Part shown: positions 1 through 12,754 of the stretch, piece after piece
Layout: every line of letters begins with the position of its first letter
Numbering within the stretch: the first letter of the stretch is position 1
DNA from: Macrostomum lignano
Taxonomy: Eukaryota
Direction: 5' to 3'
Assembly (NCBI GenBank): GCA_002269645.1
Contig: NIVC01002656.1
Span: forward strand, 183,846-247,845
Length of the DNA: 64,000 nt
Position numbers and translations under genes: made by a program
The notes under the pieces: generated by a model
Database searches by the model: none
What the model was told of the DNA's origin: nothing
The model's input: only the letters and a program-made list of their open reading frames with translations

Positions 1-296
1 CAGTCCATTGTGTCTCACTTTCCTGAGACCAGAGCTACAACTGAACCCTTGCAGTCCATTGTGTCTCACTTCCCTGAGACCATTAGCTACAACTGAACCC
101 TTGCAGTCCATTGTGTCTCACTTCCCTGAGACCAGAGCTACAACTGAACCCTTGCAGTCCATTGTGTCTCACTTCCCTGAGACCAGACTACAACTGAACC
201 CTTGCAGTCCATTGTGTCTCACTTCCCTGAGACCAGACTACAACTGAACCCTTGCAGTCCATTGTGTCTCACTTCCCTGAGACCAGAGCTACAACT
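1..296. repeat. ~51-bp minisatellite in KCNH intron 6 (about 6 copies, continues past window start)
   Basis: Unit CAGTCCATTGTGTCTCACTTCCCTGAGACCAGAGCTACAACTGAACCCTTG with 49-52 bp variants. Confidence 0.95.
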
Positions 297-330
297 GAAG
301 TGAAGCGGGACTCACGCTTTGGTTACTCAC

Positions 331-525
331 GCTTTTACGTTTGCCCTCATCGTTCAGTAGAAAGGCGGCCACATAGGGTGTAAAAATGGCCGTGTAGATG
401 ACCAACACCAGGATAAACCAGTCCCATACGGCCTTGAATGGCGAATAGTGCAGTATCGTGCAGCTGTGCACCCGAGGCGACTGCAGCTTGTACTCCGGCA
501 GGGTCTCCGAGCCGAGTGAGAGCAT
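331..525 (-). CDS. KCNH2: ERG-type (KCNH2/6/7-like) K+ channel exon 6: pre-S1 and S1 segment
   Basis: [57 protein letters not shown] matches the hERG LSLGADVLPEYKLQ...[19 protein letters not shown] motif; cag acceptor at 526-528, gtgagt donor at 330; 195 nt, phase 0/0; the gene continues beyond the left edge. Symbol marks the ERG subfamily, not 1:1 orthology. Confidence 0.93.
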
Positions 526-939
526 CTGTGACAGGAAATAAGCAAATCCGCTGCTCATATTACTTTCAACGATTCCCGCTACAAGCTTTGATGCATTCAA
601 ATCCGTGCCTTTGAACTCGCAACAGAAAATCTTTATTTCAAAGTTATTAGGATCAGTATGGATTAGTTGAAGAATTCCGTCATTGTCACAGCACAGCAAC
701 TTGATCAGTTTTTTTCTCCTGCAGGGACAACTAAATTAGTCCCTTTTTTAGTTTTCCCTGTTTTAGTTTTCCCTGTTTTCATGACCAATCAAAATCGACT
801 TACTCGATCGAATTGATTTGCAACATTGACACCGCTCTGCCACGGTGGGTGCATGATGAGCAATGATGCAATTAATGGAGTTAAAACAAAATCAGAGCCT
901 ATATGTTTTGAGCCGATATGGTTATAAATAGCCTCTCAC

Positions 940-1142
940 ATGGGCCACCCTCTCTGAGACGTTTTTTCGCATCGGAGTCGCAGTCGGTGAGAAGCACACG
1001 CTCTGGTGCCTGTGACCGAATGCAGCGGCGCCCGACCCGGGGCCAAAGCCCAGCGTAGATGGCGCGAACAGGCGCCCAGAATCCAGCGACGTTGCCGCGT
1101 CGCTGTGCCGTCTGGAGCGATAAAGATTCTCCGCTGTGTAGC
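940..1142 (-). CDS. KCNH2: KCNH/ERG exon 5 (end of N-terminal linker)
   Basis: Not in the ORF track; manual translation YTAENLYRSRRH...PMRKNVSERVAH resembles hERG THNVTEKVTQ; ttcagcag acceptor, gtgaga donor; 203 nt, phase 1 to 0 fits both neighbours. Confidence 0.85.
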
Positions 1143-1289
1143 CTGCTGAAGGTTTGGGATGTTTTAGTTGCTGTGCTTCCGCTGCTCATGACAAGCTCGA
1201 AATTTGGCACTTTGATGGGGACCGCGTTATGGGAGAAAAGGTAAGAAACACAGGATTAGGATTGGGGGATCTAGGTGTGGGATTTGTAT

Positions 1290-1775
1290 CTGGGAGTGCG
1301 ATTAGAGCTCAGAGTGAGATTGGAGAGCTGGGAGTGAGATTAGAGAGCTCAGAGTCAGACTGGAGAGCTGGGAGCAGATTGGAGAGCTCAGAGTGAGATT
1401 GGAGAGCTGGGAGTGAGATTAGAGAGCTTAGAGTGAGATTAGAGAGCTCAGAGTCAGATTGGAGAGCTGGGAGTGGGATTAGAGAGCTGGGAGTGAGATT
1501 AGAGAGCTGGGAGTGAGATTAGAGAGCTGGGAGTGCGATTGGAGAGCTCAGAGTGAGATTGGAGAGCTCAGAGTCAGATTAGAGAGCTCAGAGTCCGACT
1601 GGATAGCTGGGAGTCAGATTGGAGAGCTCAGAGTCAGACTGGAGAGCTGGGAGTCAGATTGGAGAGCTCAGAGTCAGACTGGAGAGCTGGGAGTGAGATT
1701 AGAGAGCTCAGAGTGAGATTGGAGAGCTTGGAGTCAGATTAGAGAGCTCAGAGTCAGATTGGAGAGCTGGGAGTG
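1290..1775. repeat. 10-nt-module minisatellite (GAGTGAGATT / GGAGAGCTGG / AGAGAGCTCA) in KCNH intron 4
   Basis: Direct inspection; alternating 10-nt modules give 20/30-nt periods. Confidence 0.9.
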
Positions 1776-2030
1776 GGATTGGGATCTGGGAGAGGGATTG
1801 GGATCTGGGAGGGGGATTGGGATCTGGGAGGGGGATTGGGATCTGAGAGGGGATTGGGATCTGGGAGGGGGATTGGGATCTGGGAGGGGGATTGGGATCT
1901 GGGAGGGGGATTGGGATCTGGGAGGGGGATTGGGATCTGGGAGGGGGATTGGGATCTGGGAGGGGGATTGGGATCTGGGAGAGGGATTGGGATCTGGGAG
2001 GGGGATTTGGATCTGGGAGAGGATTGGGGT
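1776..2030. repeat. 20-bp G-rich minisatellite (GGGATTGGGATCTGGGAGGG) in KCNH intron 4
   Basis: About 12 copies, starting ~18 nt inside the donor at 2048. Confidence 0.9.
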
Positions 2031-2048
2031 CTATCCGCTCGCACTCAC

Positions 2049-2417
2049 CCTGATCGTCAAACCTGGCGGACAAGTCCAGGCCGTCGAAGCTAGGACTCAG
2101 CGACAGCAGACTTTCCGCGCACTGGTCGTTCGGCATCAAAGGAATCAGGCCGCCAATGCCGCAGCCGCCGCCACCTCTTCCCAAAGCGCTGCCCACCGAG
2201 CCGAACATGGCGTCATCGACAGCCGGACTTGCCGCACCGGCTTCCATGAAACCCGTCGGCTGTGTCATCGACGATGCGGCTGCAGCGGCAGAGGCCGCTG
2301 AAAAAAAACCGCCGCTGCCGCCGCCGTCGGCGCCGAACGACTCGTCTCGGCGAAGGTGCATCCCGGCGAGGGCGGCGCGCACCATGCCGCGGAAGGTGTC
2401 GCCCAGGCCGAGGCTGC
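2049..2417 (-). CDS. KCNH2: KCNH/ERG exon 4 (N-terminal linker)
   Basis: ttccag acceptor at 2418, gtgagt donor at 2048; 369 nt, phase 1/1; SLGLGDTFRGMVRAALAG...RFDDQG, open and in phase with exons 3 and 5. Confidence 0.8.
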
Positions 2418-2504
2418 CTGGAATTTTTCATTCGACACTTAGTCGGTTCGCAACTGCGGCTTTGAGCTCTGCCGCAAACCAGGACGATAGTGCACCTGGT
2501 CAAT

Positions 2505-3070
2505 TTTGGGTCAGTTTTTGGGTCAGTCTTGGGTCAGTCTTGGGTCAGTCATGGGTCAGTCATGGGTCAGTCTTGGTTCAGTCTTGGGTCAGTCTTGGGT
2601 CAGTCTTGGTTCAGTCATGGGTCAGTCATGGGTCAGTCATGGGTCAGTCTTAGGTCAGTCTTGGGTCAGTCATGGGTCAGTCTTGGGTCAGTCATGGATC
2701 AGTCATAGGTCAGTCATGGGTCAGTCATAGGTCAGTCATGGATCAGTCATAGGTCAGTCCTGTGTCAGTCATAGGTCAGTCTTGTGTCAGTCATAGGTCA
2801 GTCATGGGTCAGTCATGGGTCAGTCCTGTGTCAGTCATAGGTCAGTCTTGGGTCAGTCATGGATCAGTCATGGGTCAGTCTTGGGTCAGTCATGGGTCAG
2901 TCATAGGTCAGTCATGGGTCAGTCTTGGTTCAGTCATGGGTCAGTCTTGGTTCAGTCTTGTGTCAGTCTTGGTTCAGTCTTGTGTGAGTCTTGGTTCAGT
3001 CTTGGTTCAGTCTTGGGTCAGTTTTGGGTCAGTTTTGGGTCAGTCATGAGTCATTCATGGGTCAGTCTTG
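2505..3070. repeat. 11-bp minisatellite GGGTCAGTC(TT/AT), about 50 copies
   Basis: Period 11 seen directly; hexamer variants GGGTCA/AGGTCA/GGTTCA/GGATCA. Confidence 0.95.
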
Positions 3071-3544
3071 GGATATCACTGTATTGTATAATACTACGAG
3101 TAATGCAATGATTCCATAGTTACTAAACTCGGCCTGCTTAATCAGCCCGCCATTCCGAGACGGGGAAACTCAATAAGTCAGATGCGGAGTGCGTGGCCTC
3201 GCTCATCTCAGACTGCACTTTTTGCCCTTCTGAGAGCGGGGCAAGAATCTTGGGCGAAATTTTTATTGCACTTGACTATTCGGCAAATAAAGCAGCCCGA
3301 ATTTCGCTTTCGGCAGACGGGCGCTGGAGCGAAAACTGCATTTCCTCAGGGCGCGGCTCCTCTGTGGGAAACTGAGGCTGCTGGGGCTCGTCATCTGATT
3401 TCCCCTGCTTCTGGGCGCGCCACCCCTCAATTTCATCGCTAACCCTGCGGCTGAGAAATGCTCGCTCAACTGGTCTCGCGGGCACAAATCAATTTGAGCT
3501 CACTCGAGACTTCGGTTACCACCCCCTCAAATTTTGGCGCTAGC

Positions 3545-4138
<594 letters not shown>

Positions 4139-4517
4139 CCCTTAGGCTACAACCCTTTCTCCTGCAGCCGTACAGTTTGGATTGCAGGACTGCAAACAAG
4201 AGCAATCGCTTGTGCTTTAATTGGATAGAAAGACAGCACACAAAGCGAATTGGATGCTTCAATAGAAGAGAAATTGCCAAGAGAAAAATGGCTGATTATG
4301 AAGAGGAAATTATTAATAATTCATTAAGCCGGCTTGGCAGCAAGGAGAACTCATTTTGTCTCAGCTTTTGTTCATTTTTTACACTGGCTCCAGCGCGTCC
4401 GTCTTCGAGGTAGAAAAAGCTGCTGCTTTGTCGCACAGTCCGCGCCAACAGAGTGAAAGAATTCGAAATTCCCAGTGAAATAATTATCCTGCGAATAATT
4501 TCATAACCTGCATAAAC

Positions 4518-4955
4518 TGTGTAGATTGTGCAGTGTGTAGATTGTGCAGTGTGTAGATTGTGCAGTGTGTAGATTGTACATTGTGTAGATTGTGCAGTGT
4601 GTAGATTGTGCACTGCGTAGATTGTGCAGTGTGTAGATTGTACAGTGTGTAGATTGTGCAGTGTGTAGATTGTGCAGTGTGTAGATTGTGCAGTGTGTAG
4701 ATTGTGCAGTGTGTAGATTGTGCAGTGTGTAGATTGTGCAGTGTGTAGATTGTACAGTGTGTAGATTGTGCACTGTGTAGATTGTACAGTGTGTAGATTG
4801 TGCAGTGTGTAGATTGTGCAGTGTGTAGATTGTGCTGTGTAGATTGTGCAGTGTGTAGATTGTGCAGTGTGTAGATTGTGCAGTGTGTAGATTGTACATT
4901 GTGTAGATTGTACATTGTGTAGATTGTGCAGTGTGTAGATTGTGCAGTGTGTAGA
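4518..4955. repeat. 16-bp minisatellite TGTGTAGATTGTGCAG
   Basis: About 27 copies. Confidence 0.95.
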
Positions 4956-5354
4956 TATGTTGACATTATAATTTCGATAAATACCTGTCTGAAGAAATTT
5001 TATGAACATTGAAATTAAGGTCAGTTCGAAAAAGGCTAAAAAACATTTTCCCGTTACTGATGATAGTAATGGCTACTCTTGTCTCTTGTTTGAGTCAGAG
5101 AAAATGAGGTGTTCGGAATAAACATCTGGCTTCATCTCATGTATCGAAGCGAGCTGAAAGCAGAAAAATATGTAGCAATTATTGCAATAGATGTGCATTC
5201 GGCTCACATCTTTGTGTCTTACACTGGTTCGTTAATCCCTTTGTCCAGATAATTTGCACCCTCCTCACCGTCTCAAGGATAACTAAGCCGAATCAGGCCA
5301 GACAAGCATGTTGCTGCCTCATCACTCTGCTCACTTCTTCCCTATTCACCATCT

Positions 5355-5750
5355 CCCCGAGCTTTCTCGTGACCTCCCCGAGCTTTCTCGTTACCTCCCC
5401 GATCTTTCTCGTGACCTCTCCGAGCTCTCTCTCGTGACCTCCCCGAGCTTTCTTGTGACCTCTCCGAGCTTTCTCGTGACCTCCCCGAGCTTTCTCGTGA
5501 CCTCTCCGAGCTCTTTCTCGTGACCTCTCCGAGCTTTCTCGTGACCTCTCCGAGCTCTCTTTCGTGACCTCCCCGAGCTTTCTCGTGACCTCCCTGAGCT
5601 CTCTCTCTCGTGACCTCCCCGAGCTTTCTCGTGACCTCCCCGAGCTCTCTCTCGTGACCTCCCCGAGCTTTCTCGTGACCTCCCCGAGCTCTCTCGCTCG
5701 TGACCTCCCCTAGCTCTCTCTTGTGACCTCCCCTAGCTCTCTCGTGACCT
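5355..5750. repeat. ~21-bp pyrimidine-rich minisatellite CTCCCCGAGCTTTCTCGTGAC
   Basis: About 18 copies with variable CT expansions. Confidence 0.9.
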
Positions 5751-6371
5751 CTCTTCTCTATTTCCTGATCTCTTTACCTATTTCTCTGCTACACTCGCTC
5801 TAATCTACCTAATCCCTGGAACTCCTATTTCGGCCTCTGGCTTCATAGATTAGCAGATCTCTCTCTTCTCTGTCCTTCCTCGATCGCCCCCAAGTGTTCA
5901 TAAACTGTTGTTGGAGCCATCGAATGCCAATAAAGAAGCCGAACAAACACGCACAAGCAGTTAGTTGATAATGCTAACGAATACAGCGGCACAGAATCTC
6001 CAATATCTCTCCATCTCTCTTTCTCGCTGCTTCTCTTGCTAGCAAAATTGCTGCTCCAATGTCATGCTCTCCTCCTTCTCCTCCTCCCCCTTCTTCTTCT
6101 TCTTCAGTACAAGCAGAAAATGACGATTCTTTCCAAAAGTTAGCTTTGTCGTGCACGAGATGTCGAGGAGAAATGGGCAAAGGGAGGGCGGACCAGGAAG
6201 CCTAAAACTAGAACTTGGAGTGGCAGCTCTTCCCCAAATCAGCACACCAATTTTCAGACAACTGAAGTGCGTTTGTGTGCGTCATTTTTTGCTAACGCTA
6301 TCATAATTATCAGTGATTTCTTTTATAGCCCAAGAAATACGATAGGAAGCCAAAGTGAGGGCTTGACTTTA

Positions 6372-7322
6372 AAATGAGTGTCTGCGGCGCCAAAATAACT
6401 GTCTGCGGCGCCAAAATGACTGCCTGCGGAGCTAAAATAACTGTCTGCGGCGCCAAAATAACTGTCTGCGGCGCCAAAATAACTGTCTGCGGCGCCAAAA
6501 TGACTGCCTGCGGAGCTAAAATAACTGTCTGCGGCGCCAAAATAACTGCCTGCGGCGCCAAAATAACTGTCTGCGGCGCCAAAATAACTGTCTGCGGCGC
6601 CAAAATAACTGTCTGCGGCGCCAAAATAACTGTCTGCGGCGCCAAAATGACTGCCTGCGGAGCTAAAATAACTGTCTGCGGCGCCAAAATAACTGTCTGC
6701 GGCGCCAAAATAACTGTCTGCGGCGCCAAAATGACTGCCTGCGGAGCTAAAATAACTGTCTGCGGCGCCAAAATAACTGCCTGCGGCGCCAAAATAACTG
6801 TCTGCGGCGCCAAAATAACTGTCTGCGGCGCCAAAATAACTGTCTGCGGCGCCAAAATAACTGTCTGCGGCGCCAAAATGACTGCCTGCGGAGCTAAAAT
6901 AACTGTCTGCGGCGCCAAAAAAACTGTCTGCGGCGCCAAAATAACTGTCTGCGGCGCCAAAATGACTGCCTGCGGAGCTAAAATAACTGTCTGCGGCGCC
7001 AAAATAACTGTCTGCGGCGCCAAAATAACTGTCTGCGGCGCCAAAATAACTGTCTGCGGCGCCAAAATGACTGCCTGCGGAGCTAAAATAACTGTCTGCG
7101 GCGCCAAAATAACTGTCTGCGGCGCCAAAATAACTGTCTGCGGCGCCAAAATAACTGTCTGCGGTGCCAAAATAACTGTCTGCGGCGCCAAAATGACTGC
7201 CTGCGGAGCTAAAATAAGTGCCTGCGGCGCCAAAATGACTGCCTGCGGAGCTAAAATAAGTGCCTGCGGCGCCAAAATGACTGCCTGCGGAGCTAAAATA
7301 AGTGCCTGCGGCGCCAAAATGA
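6372..7322. repeat. 21-bp minisatellite AAAATAACTGTCTGCGGCGCC
   Basis: About 45 copies; produces the spurious 335-352 aa ORFs on both strands. Confidence 0.97.
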
Positions 7323-7924
7323 ATATCAGATTCTGTAGCTTGGCCGGTGTAAGAACACCGACTCCCAAAATATTATACTAGTAGGGCATATTTTACGTTG
7401 GATGGTTACTTTTCCCCCTCTCCAACCACCATAAAACCCATGGCAACGCCCCTGATTTTTATGTAAACTGAAAAACTGCAGTAAGCCTACAGTTGTCTAA
7501 ATATGGCGGACTCGGGAAAGAGTTTCGCTACTCCAGACTCTGTATCTAGGCCTTCTTGACTCTTTAACTCGGCAAAGCAAGCAGAGCTTTCCCTCGGGTG
7601 ACCAGCTAATCCTCGATTGGTCCTCGGCGTGTCTTTCTGCTCCGGTAGCATCTTTAAACTTCTTCGGCCGGGGGTTCATTTGCAATCACGCGATCTATCG
7701 GCTGAGATACGGGAGAAGTGGGGGCCGCCTGAGCAAGAGAGAGAGAGGGGGGAGAGATAGAGGCGGGAGGGACGAGTTCCCAACCAAGTGCGCAATATTA
7801 AATTTAGTTTGACAGAGCAAAAGCTACCCCAAGTGGATGCCTAATTGCCAACATTGAATTCGAAGTCAGGGGAGACCCCGTCCGCTAGCGGTCACCTCTT
7901 GGCTTGTAAGTTATGTTAAGTCAG

Positions 7925-8770
7925 GATATAACGGATGGTATATAGGGGATAGAACGGATGGTAAATAGGGGATAGAACGGATGATATAGGGGATATAACG
8001 GATAGTATATCGAAGATAGAACGGATAGTATATAGAGGATAGAACGGATGGTATATAGAAGATAGAACGGATAGTATATAGAGGATAGAACGGATAGTAT
8101 ATAGAAGATAGAACGGATAGTATATAGAGGATTGAACGGATGTTATAGGGGATAGAACAGATAGTATATAGGGGATAGAACGGTTGGTATAGGGGATAGA
8201 ACAGATAGTATATAGAGGATAGAACGGATGGTATATAGAAGATAGAACGGATAGTATATAGAGGATTGAACGGATGTTATAGGGGATAGAACAGATAGTA
8301 TATAGGGGATAGAACGGTTGGTATAGGGGATAGAACAGATAGTATATAGAGGATAGAACGGATGGTATATAGAAGATAGAACGGATAGTATATAGAGGAT
8401 AGAACGGATGGTATATAGAAGATAGAACGGATAGTATATAGAGGATAGAACGGATAGTATATAGAAGATAGAACGGATAGTATATAGAGGATTGAACGGA
8501 TGTTATAGGGGATAGAACAGATAGTATATAGGGGATAGAACGGTTGGTATAGGGGATAGAACAGATAGTATATAGAGGATGGAACAGATGTTATAGGGGA
8601 TAGAACGGATAGTATATAGGGGGATAGAACGGTTGGTATAGGGGATAGAACGGATGTTATTGGGGATAGAGCAGAGAGCCTGTGTGGTATAGGGAATATA
8701 ACAGTTTGGGGGATAGAACGGATGGCTAGTTGGGTTTGGGAGATAGAACAGATGGCTATTAGTATAGCAG
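7925..8770. repeat. ~21-23-bp purine-rich minisatellite (GGGGATAGAACGGATAGTATATA)
   Basis: Direct inspection; variant units recur in higher-order blocks. Confidence 0.92.
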
Positions 8771-9149
8771 GGAATAGAATAGATTGCTAATAAACTCGAG
8801 AAGGATGAGGGCCGACAAGAAAATTGGTGAGGCATCAATCATACTTGTCTCTTAAGTCGCTCCAGATGTAATTTATCCGGTAGCATCTTCACCCCGTCAA
8901 TCTCCTGTGGCCTCGATAGCGTGCCAATTAGAGTAGAAAAAAAGTCTTAATAAAGCTGACTGAATCTCCCAGCCTTCTAGCTTGGCTAGCTAGGCAACAA
9001 CTGGCTTCATTTGCCGCCTCTGTGCGCCAATGTCAAAGTCTCACGAACGTTTTCATGGAAAAAAGGATTGAGACTTGCGTCTTGCTTGCTGAGCACGCAA
9101 GCAGGGGGCTCACAGGGGGCGATGTCTTCAGCCCTCAAGTGGGCACCCT

Positions 9150-10925
9150 CAGACTCTTCGTTTGATACCCTCCGACTCTTCAATTGATACCCTCCGACTC
9201 TTCAATTGATACCCTCCGACTCTTCATTTGATACCCTCCGACTCTTCATTTGATACCCTCCGACTCTTCATTTGATACCCTCCGACTCTTCATTTGATAT
9301 CCCCAGACTCTTCATTTGATACCACCCGAACTCTTCATTTGATACCCTCAGACTCTTCATTTGATACCCTCCGACTCTTCATTTGATATCCCCAGACTCT
9401 TCATTTGATACCACCCGAACTCTTCATTTGATACCCTCAGACTCTTCATTTGATATCCCCGAATTCTTCATTTGATATCCTCAGACTCTTCATTTGATAT
9501 TCTCCGACTCTTCATTTGATATTCTCCGACTCTTCATTTGATATTCTCCGACTCTTCATTTGATACCCTCCGACTCTTCATTTGATATTCTCCGACTCTT
9601 CATTTGATACCCTCCGACTCTTTATTTGATATCCCCAGACGCTTCATTTGATACCCTCAGACTCTTCATTTGATATCCCCAGACTCTTCATTTGATATTC
9701 TCCGACTCTTCATTTGATATCCTCCGACTCTTCATTTGATATTCTCTGACTCTTCATTTGATATCCCCAGACTCTTCATTTGATATCCCCAGACTCTTCA
9801 TTTGATATCCCCAGACTCTTCATTTGATATCCCCAGACTCTTCATTTCATATCCCCAGACTCTTCATTTGATACCCTCCGACTCTTCATTTGATATCCCC
9901 AGACTCTTCATTTGATATCCCCAGACTCTTCATTTGATATCCCCAGACTCTTCATTTGATATCCCCAGACTCTTCATTTGATATCCCCAGACTCTTCATT
10001 TGATATCCCCAGACTCTTCATTTGATACCCTCCGACTCTTCATTTGATATTCTCCGACTCTTCATTTGATACCCTCCGACTCTTCATTTGATACCCTCCG
10101 ACTCTTCATTTGATATTCTCCGACTCTTCATTTGATATTCTCCGACTCTTCATTTGATATTCTCCGACTCTTCATTTGATATTCTCCGACTCTTTATTTG
10201 ATACCCTCAGACTCTTCATTTGATATCCCCAGACTCTTCATTTGATATTCTCCGACTCTTCATTTGATATCCTCCGACTCTTCATTTGATATTCTCCGAC
10301 TCTTCATTTGATACCCTCCGACTCTTCATTTGATATCCCCAGACTCTTCATTTGATATCCCCAGACTCTTCATTTGATACCCTCCGACTCTTCATTTGAT
10401 ATCCCCAGACTCTTCATTTGATATCCCCAGACTCTTCATTTGATATCCCCAGACTCTTCATTTGATATCCCCAGACTCTTCATTTGATATCCCCAGACTC
10501 TTCATTTGATACCCTCCGACTCTTCATTTGATATTCTCCGACTCTTCATTTGATACCCTCCGACTCTTCATTTGATACCCTCCGACTCTTCATTTGATAT
10601 TCTCCGACTCTTCATTTGATACCCTCCGAGTCTTCATTTGATATCCCCAGACTCTTCATTTGATATCCCCAGACTCTTCATTTGATACCCTCCGACTCTT
10701 CATTTGATATTCTCCGACTCTTCATTTGATATTCTCCGACTCTTCATTTAATATCCCCAGACTCTTCATTTGATATCCCCTCCGACTTTTCATTTGATAC
10801 CCTTCGACTCTTCATTTGATACCCTCCGACTCTTCATTTGATACCCTCCGACTCTTCATTTGATATTCTCCGACTCTTCATTTGATACCCTCCGACTCTT
10901 TATTTGATACCCTCCGACTCTTCAG
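9150..10925. repeat. 22-bp minisatellite TTTGATATCCCCAGACTCTTCA, about 80 copies
   Basis: Period 22; three interspersed variants (ACCCTCC / ATTCTCC / ATCCCCA). Confidence 0.97.
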
Positions 10926-11305
10926 TGCAACCTTTTAGCAGGCCCTTTGGTAATCCAATGCTATAGTATTCTTATATCAGTGTACCTAATCCAATACGGA
11001 TGTATAAATTTATAAAATCGCGATAATCAATATACAGAAATCGTCCCTCCAACAGAGTTTGCACTTTATAAGTCGACTGTCTCGATTATGTGTTTATCCT
11101 TATATAAATATTATGACAGAAAATCGGGTCAATAAGCGCTATATTTAGGGCCTAAATAGGAGCTCTATTCAGTTATACTAGCTAGTATGTTAAGCGCGAT
11201 TTTCCCGACTGCCAGAGGAACCGTCGACTCGAAGCATAAATCAAGTGCGCGGTAAAGTACTGAGAGATCGATTCCGATTTTACAGCCTAAGACTCGAGAG
11301 CTCAC

Positions 11306-11440
11306 CTCTTCTATCGCTTTGGCTTGGCGCATTGAAGTACGAGGCTACACCTTCAGGCGAGAAGGTGAGGATGTAAAACATCACGTCGCCCGTTTCGCTC
11401 CTTACTGGAGCTACCATCGTGTTGGAAACGAATCGGGTGC
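11306..11440 (-). CDS. KCNH2: KCNH/ERG exon 3 (PAC motif)
   Basis: Not in the ORF track; manual translation GTRFVSNTMVAPVRSETGDVMFYILTFS matches hERG [28 protein letters not shown]; cgcag acceptor, gtgagc donor; 135 nt, phase 1/1. Confidence 0.92.
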
Positions 11441-11659
11441 CTGCGGAGGTGTCGAAACGCTCGAAAATAATCGGACATGGCTTAAAAGCTTACATGGCAA
11501 AAGGCATGTATTAAATTAAGACCATAGAATGAGGGTATGCGCTAACCGTGCACCATCTAGACAATAGAAATGCAAGGACCACTAGGAACACTTCGTCTAG
11601 TCTATCCCACCTTTGAAGACGACAGCGTCTTCATTCAGTAGTCTAGTAGTCCTTGTAGA

Positions 11660-12292
11660 AATGATGACCATAGACTATGCGCAGACAGTGCACCATCTAA
11701 GCAATGGAAATGACTGACTATAGACTATGCGCAGACAGTGCACCATCTAAGCAATGGAAATGACTGACCATAGACTATGCGCAGACAGTGCACCATCTAA
11801 GCAATGGAAATGACTGACCATAGACTATGCGCAGACAGTGCACCATCTAAGCAATGGAAATGACTGACCATAGACTATGCGCAGACAGTGCACCATCTAA
11901 GCAATGGAAATGACTGACCATAGACTATGCGCAGACAGTGCACCATCTAAGCAATGGAAATGACTGACCATAGACTATGCGCAGACAGTGCACCATCTAA
12001 GCAATGGAAATGACTGACCATAGACTATGCGCAGACAGTGCACCATCTAAGCAATGGAAATGACTGACCATAGACTATGCGCAGACAGTGCACCATCTAA
12101 GCAATGGAAATGACTGACCATAGACTATGCGCAGACAGTGCACCATCTAAGCAATGGAAATGACTGACCATAGACTATGCGCAGACAGTGCACCATCTAA
12201 GCAATGGAAATGACTGACCATAGACTATGCGCAGACAGTGCACCATCTAAGCAATGGAAATGACTGACCATAGACTATGCGCAGACAGTGCT
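11660..12292. repeat. 50-bp minisatellite filling most of KCNH intron 2, abutting the exon-2 donor
   Basis: About 12.5 near-identical copies of GCAATGGAAATGACTGACCATAGACTATGCGCAGACAGTGCACCATCTAA. Confidence 0.97.
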
Positions 12293-12295
12293 TAC

Positions 12296-12526
12296 CATCC
12301 TTCTTATAAATCAGTATCTGAACCTGTCTCTCGTCTCGACAACCCAGAGCTTCTTTTAGCTCAGCAATGGAGCGCACTGTGGTGAGCGGTCCGTGCAAGA
12401 AGTCCATGCTGGCTGGTTGTTGCATGACATCGGCTCGAGTGTAGCCAACCAGCTCGCAGAAACCGTCATTGCAGAAGATGACAGGCCGATGATCGAGACT
12501 GCCATTGGCGATACAGAACTTCCGAT
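12296..12526 (-). CDS. KCNH2: KCNH/ERG exon 2 (PAS domain)
   Basis: RKFCIANGSLDHRPVIFCNDGFCELVGYTRADVMQQ...DFLHGP...IYKKDG is the EAG PAS signature; 231 nt; cccag acceptor, gtaagc donor. Confidence 0.96.
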
Positions 12527-12678
12527 CTGGGAGCATTATAAATTAGAAAGTAGGTGATATAAGCTGAATTACAAACTAAGCTAATACATGTGTATGTTTG
12601 TTTCGAAGTGCAGAGACTAAATATTCGGCTTATACGAGTGTACTACTAAGAACGATACAAAAGCTACCCAATACTTAC

Positions 12679-12754
12679 TCTGTCCGTCGAACTTTCGAAT
12701 AAGCGTATCCAAGAAAGTGTTCTGCGGCGCGATGTGTCCCCGTCTGACGGGCAT
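12679..12754 (-). CDS. KCNH2: KCNH/ERG exon 1 (PAS cap)
   Basis: [25 protein letters not shown] is nearly identical to the hERG N-terminus; 76 coding nt followed by gtaagt. Confidence 0.97.

Noticed and set aside
899-1210. Track ORF of 103 aa as a KCNH exon
   Set aside because: The exon uses a different frame (RKNVSERVAH), fixed by splice phases.
3120-3540. GC-rich unique segment with short ORFs, possible retroelement fragment
   Set aside because: No motif I can assign; needs a repeat-library search.
5940-6300. Short minus-strand ORFs with E/G/K runs as extra KCNH exons
   Set aside because: Exons 3 and 4 already join in phase, and there is no convincing donor or homology.
6310-7381. 335-352 aa ORFs on both strands (ILAPQTV / CGAKITV repeats)
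   Set aside because: They are translations of a stop-free 21-bp intronic minisatellite, with no unique domain or splice context.
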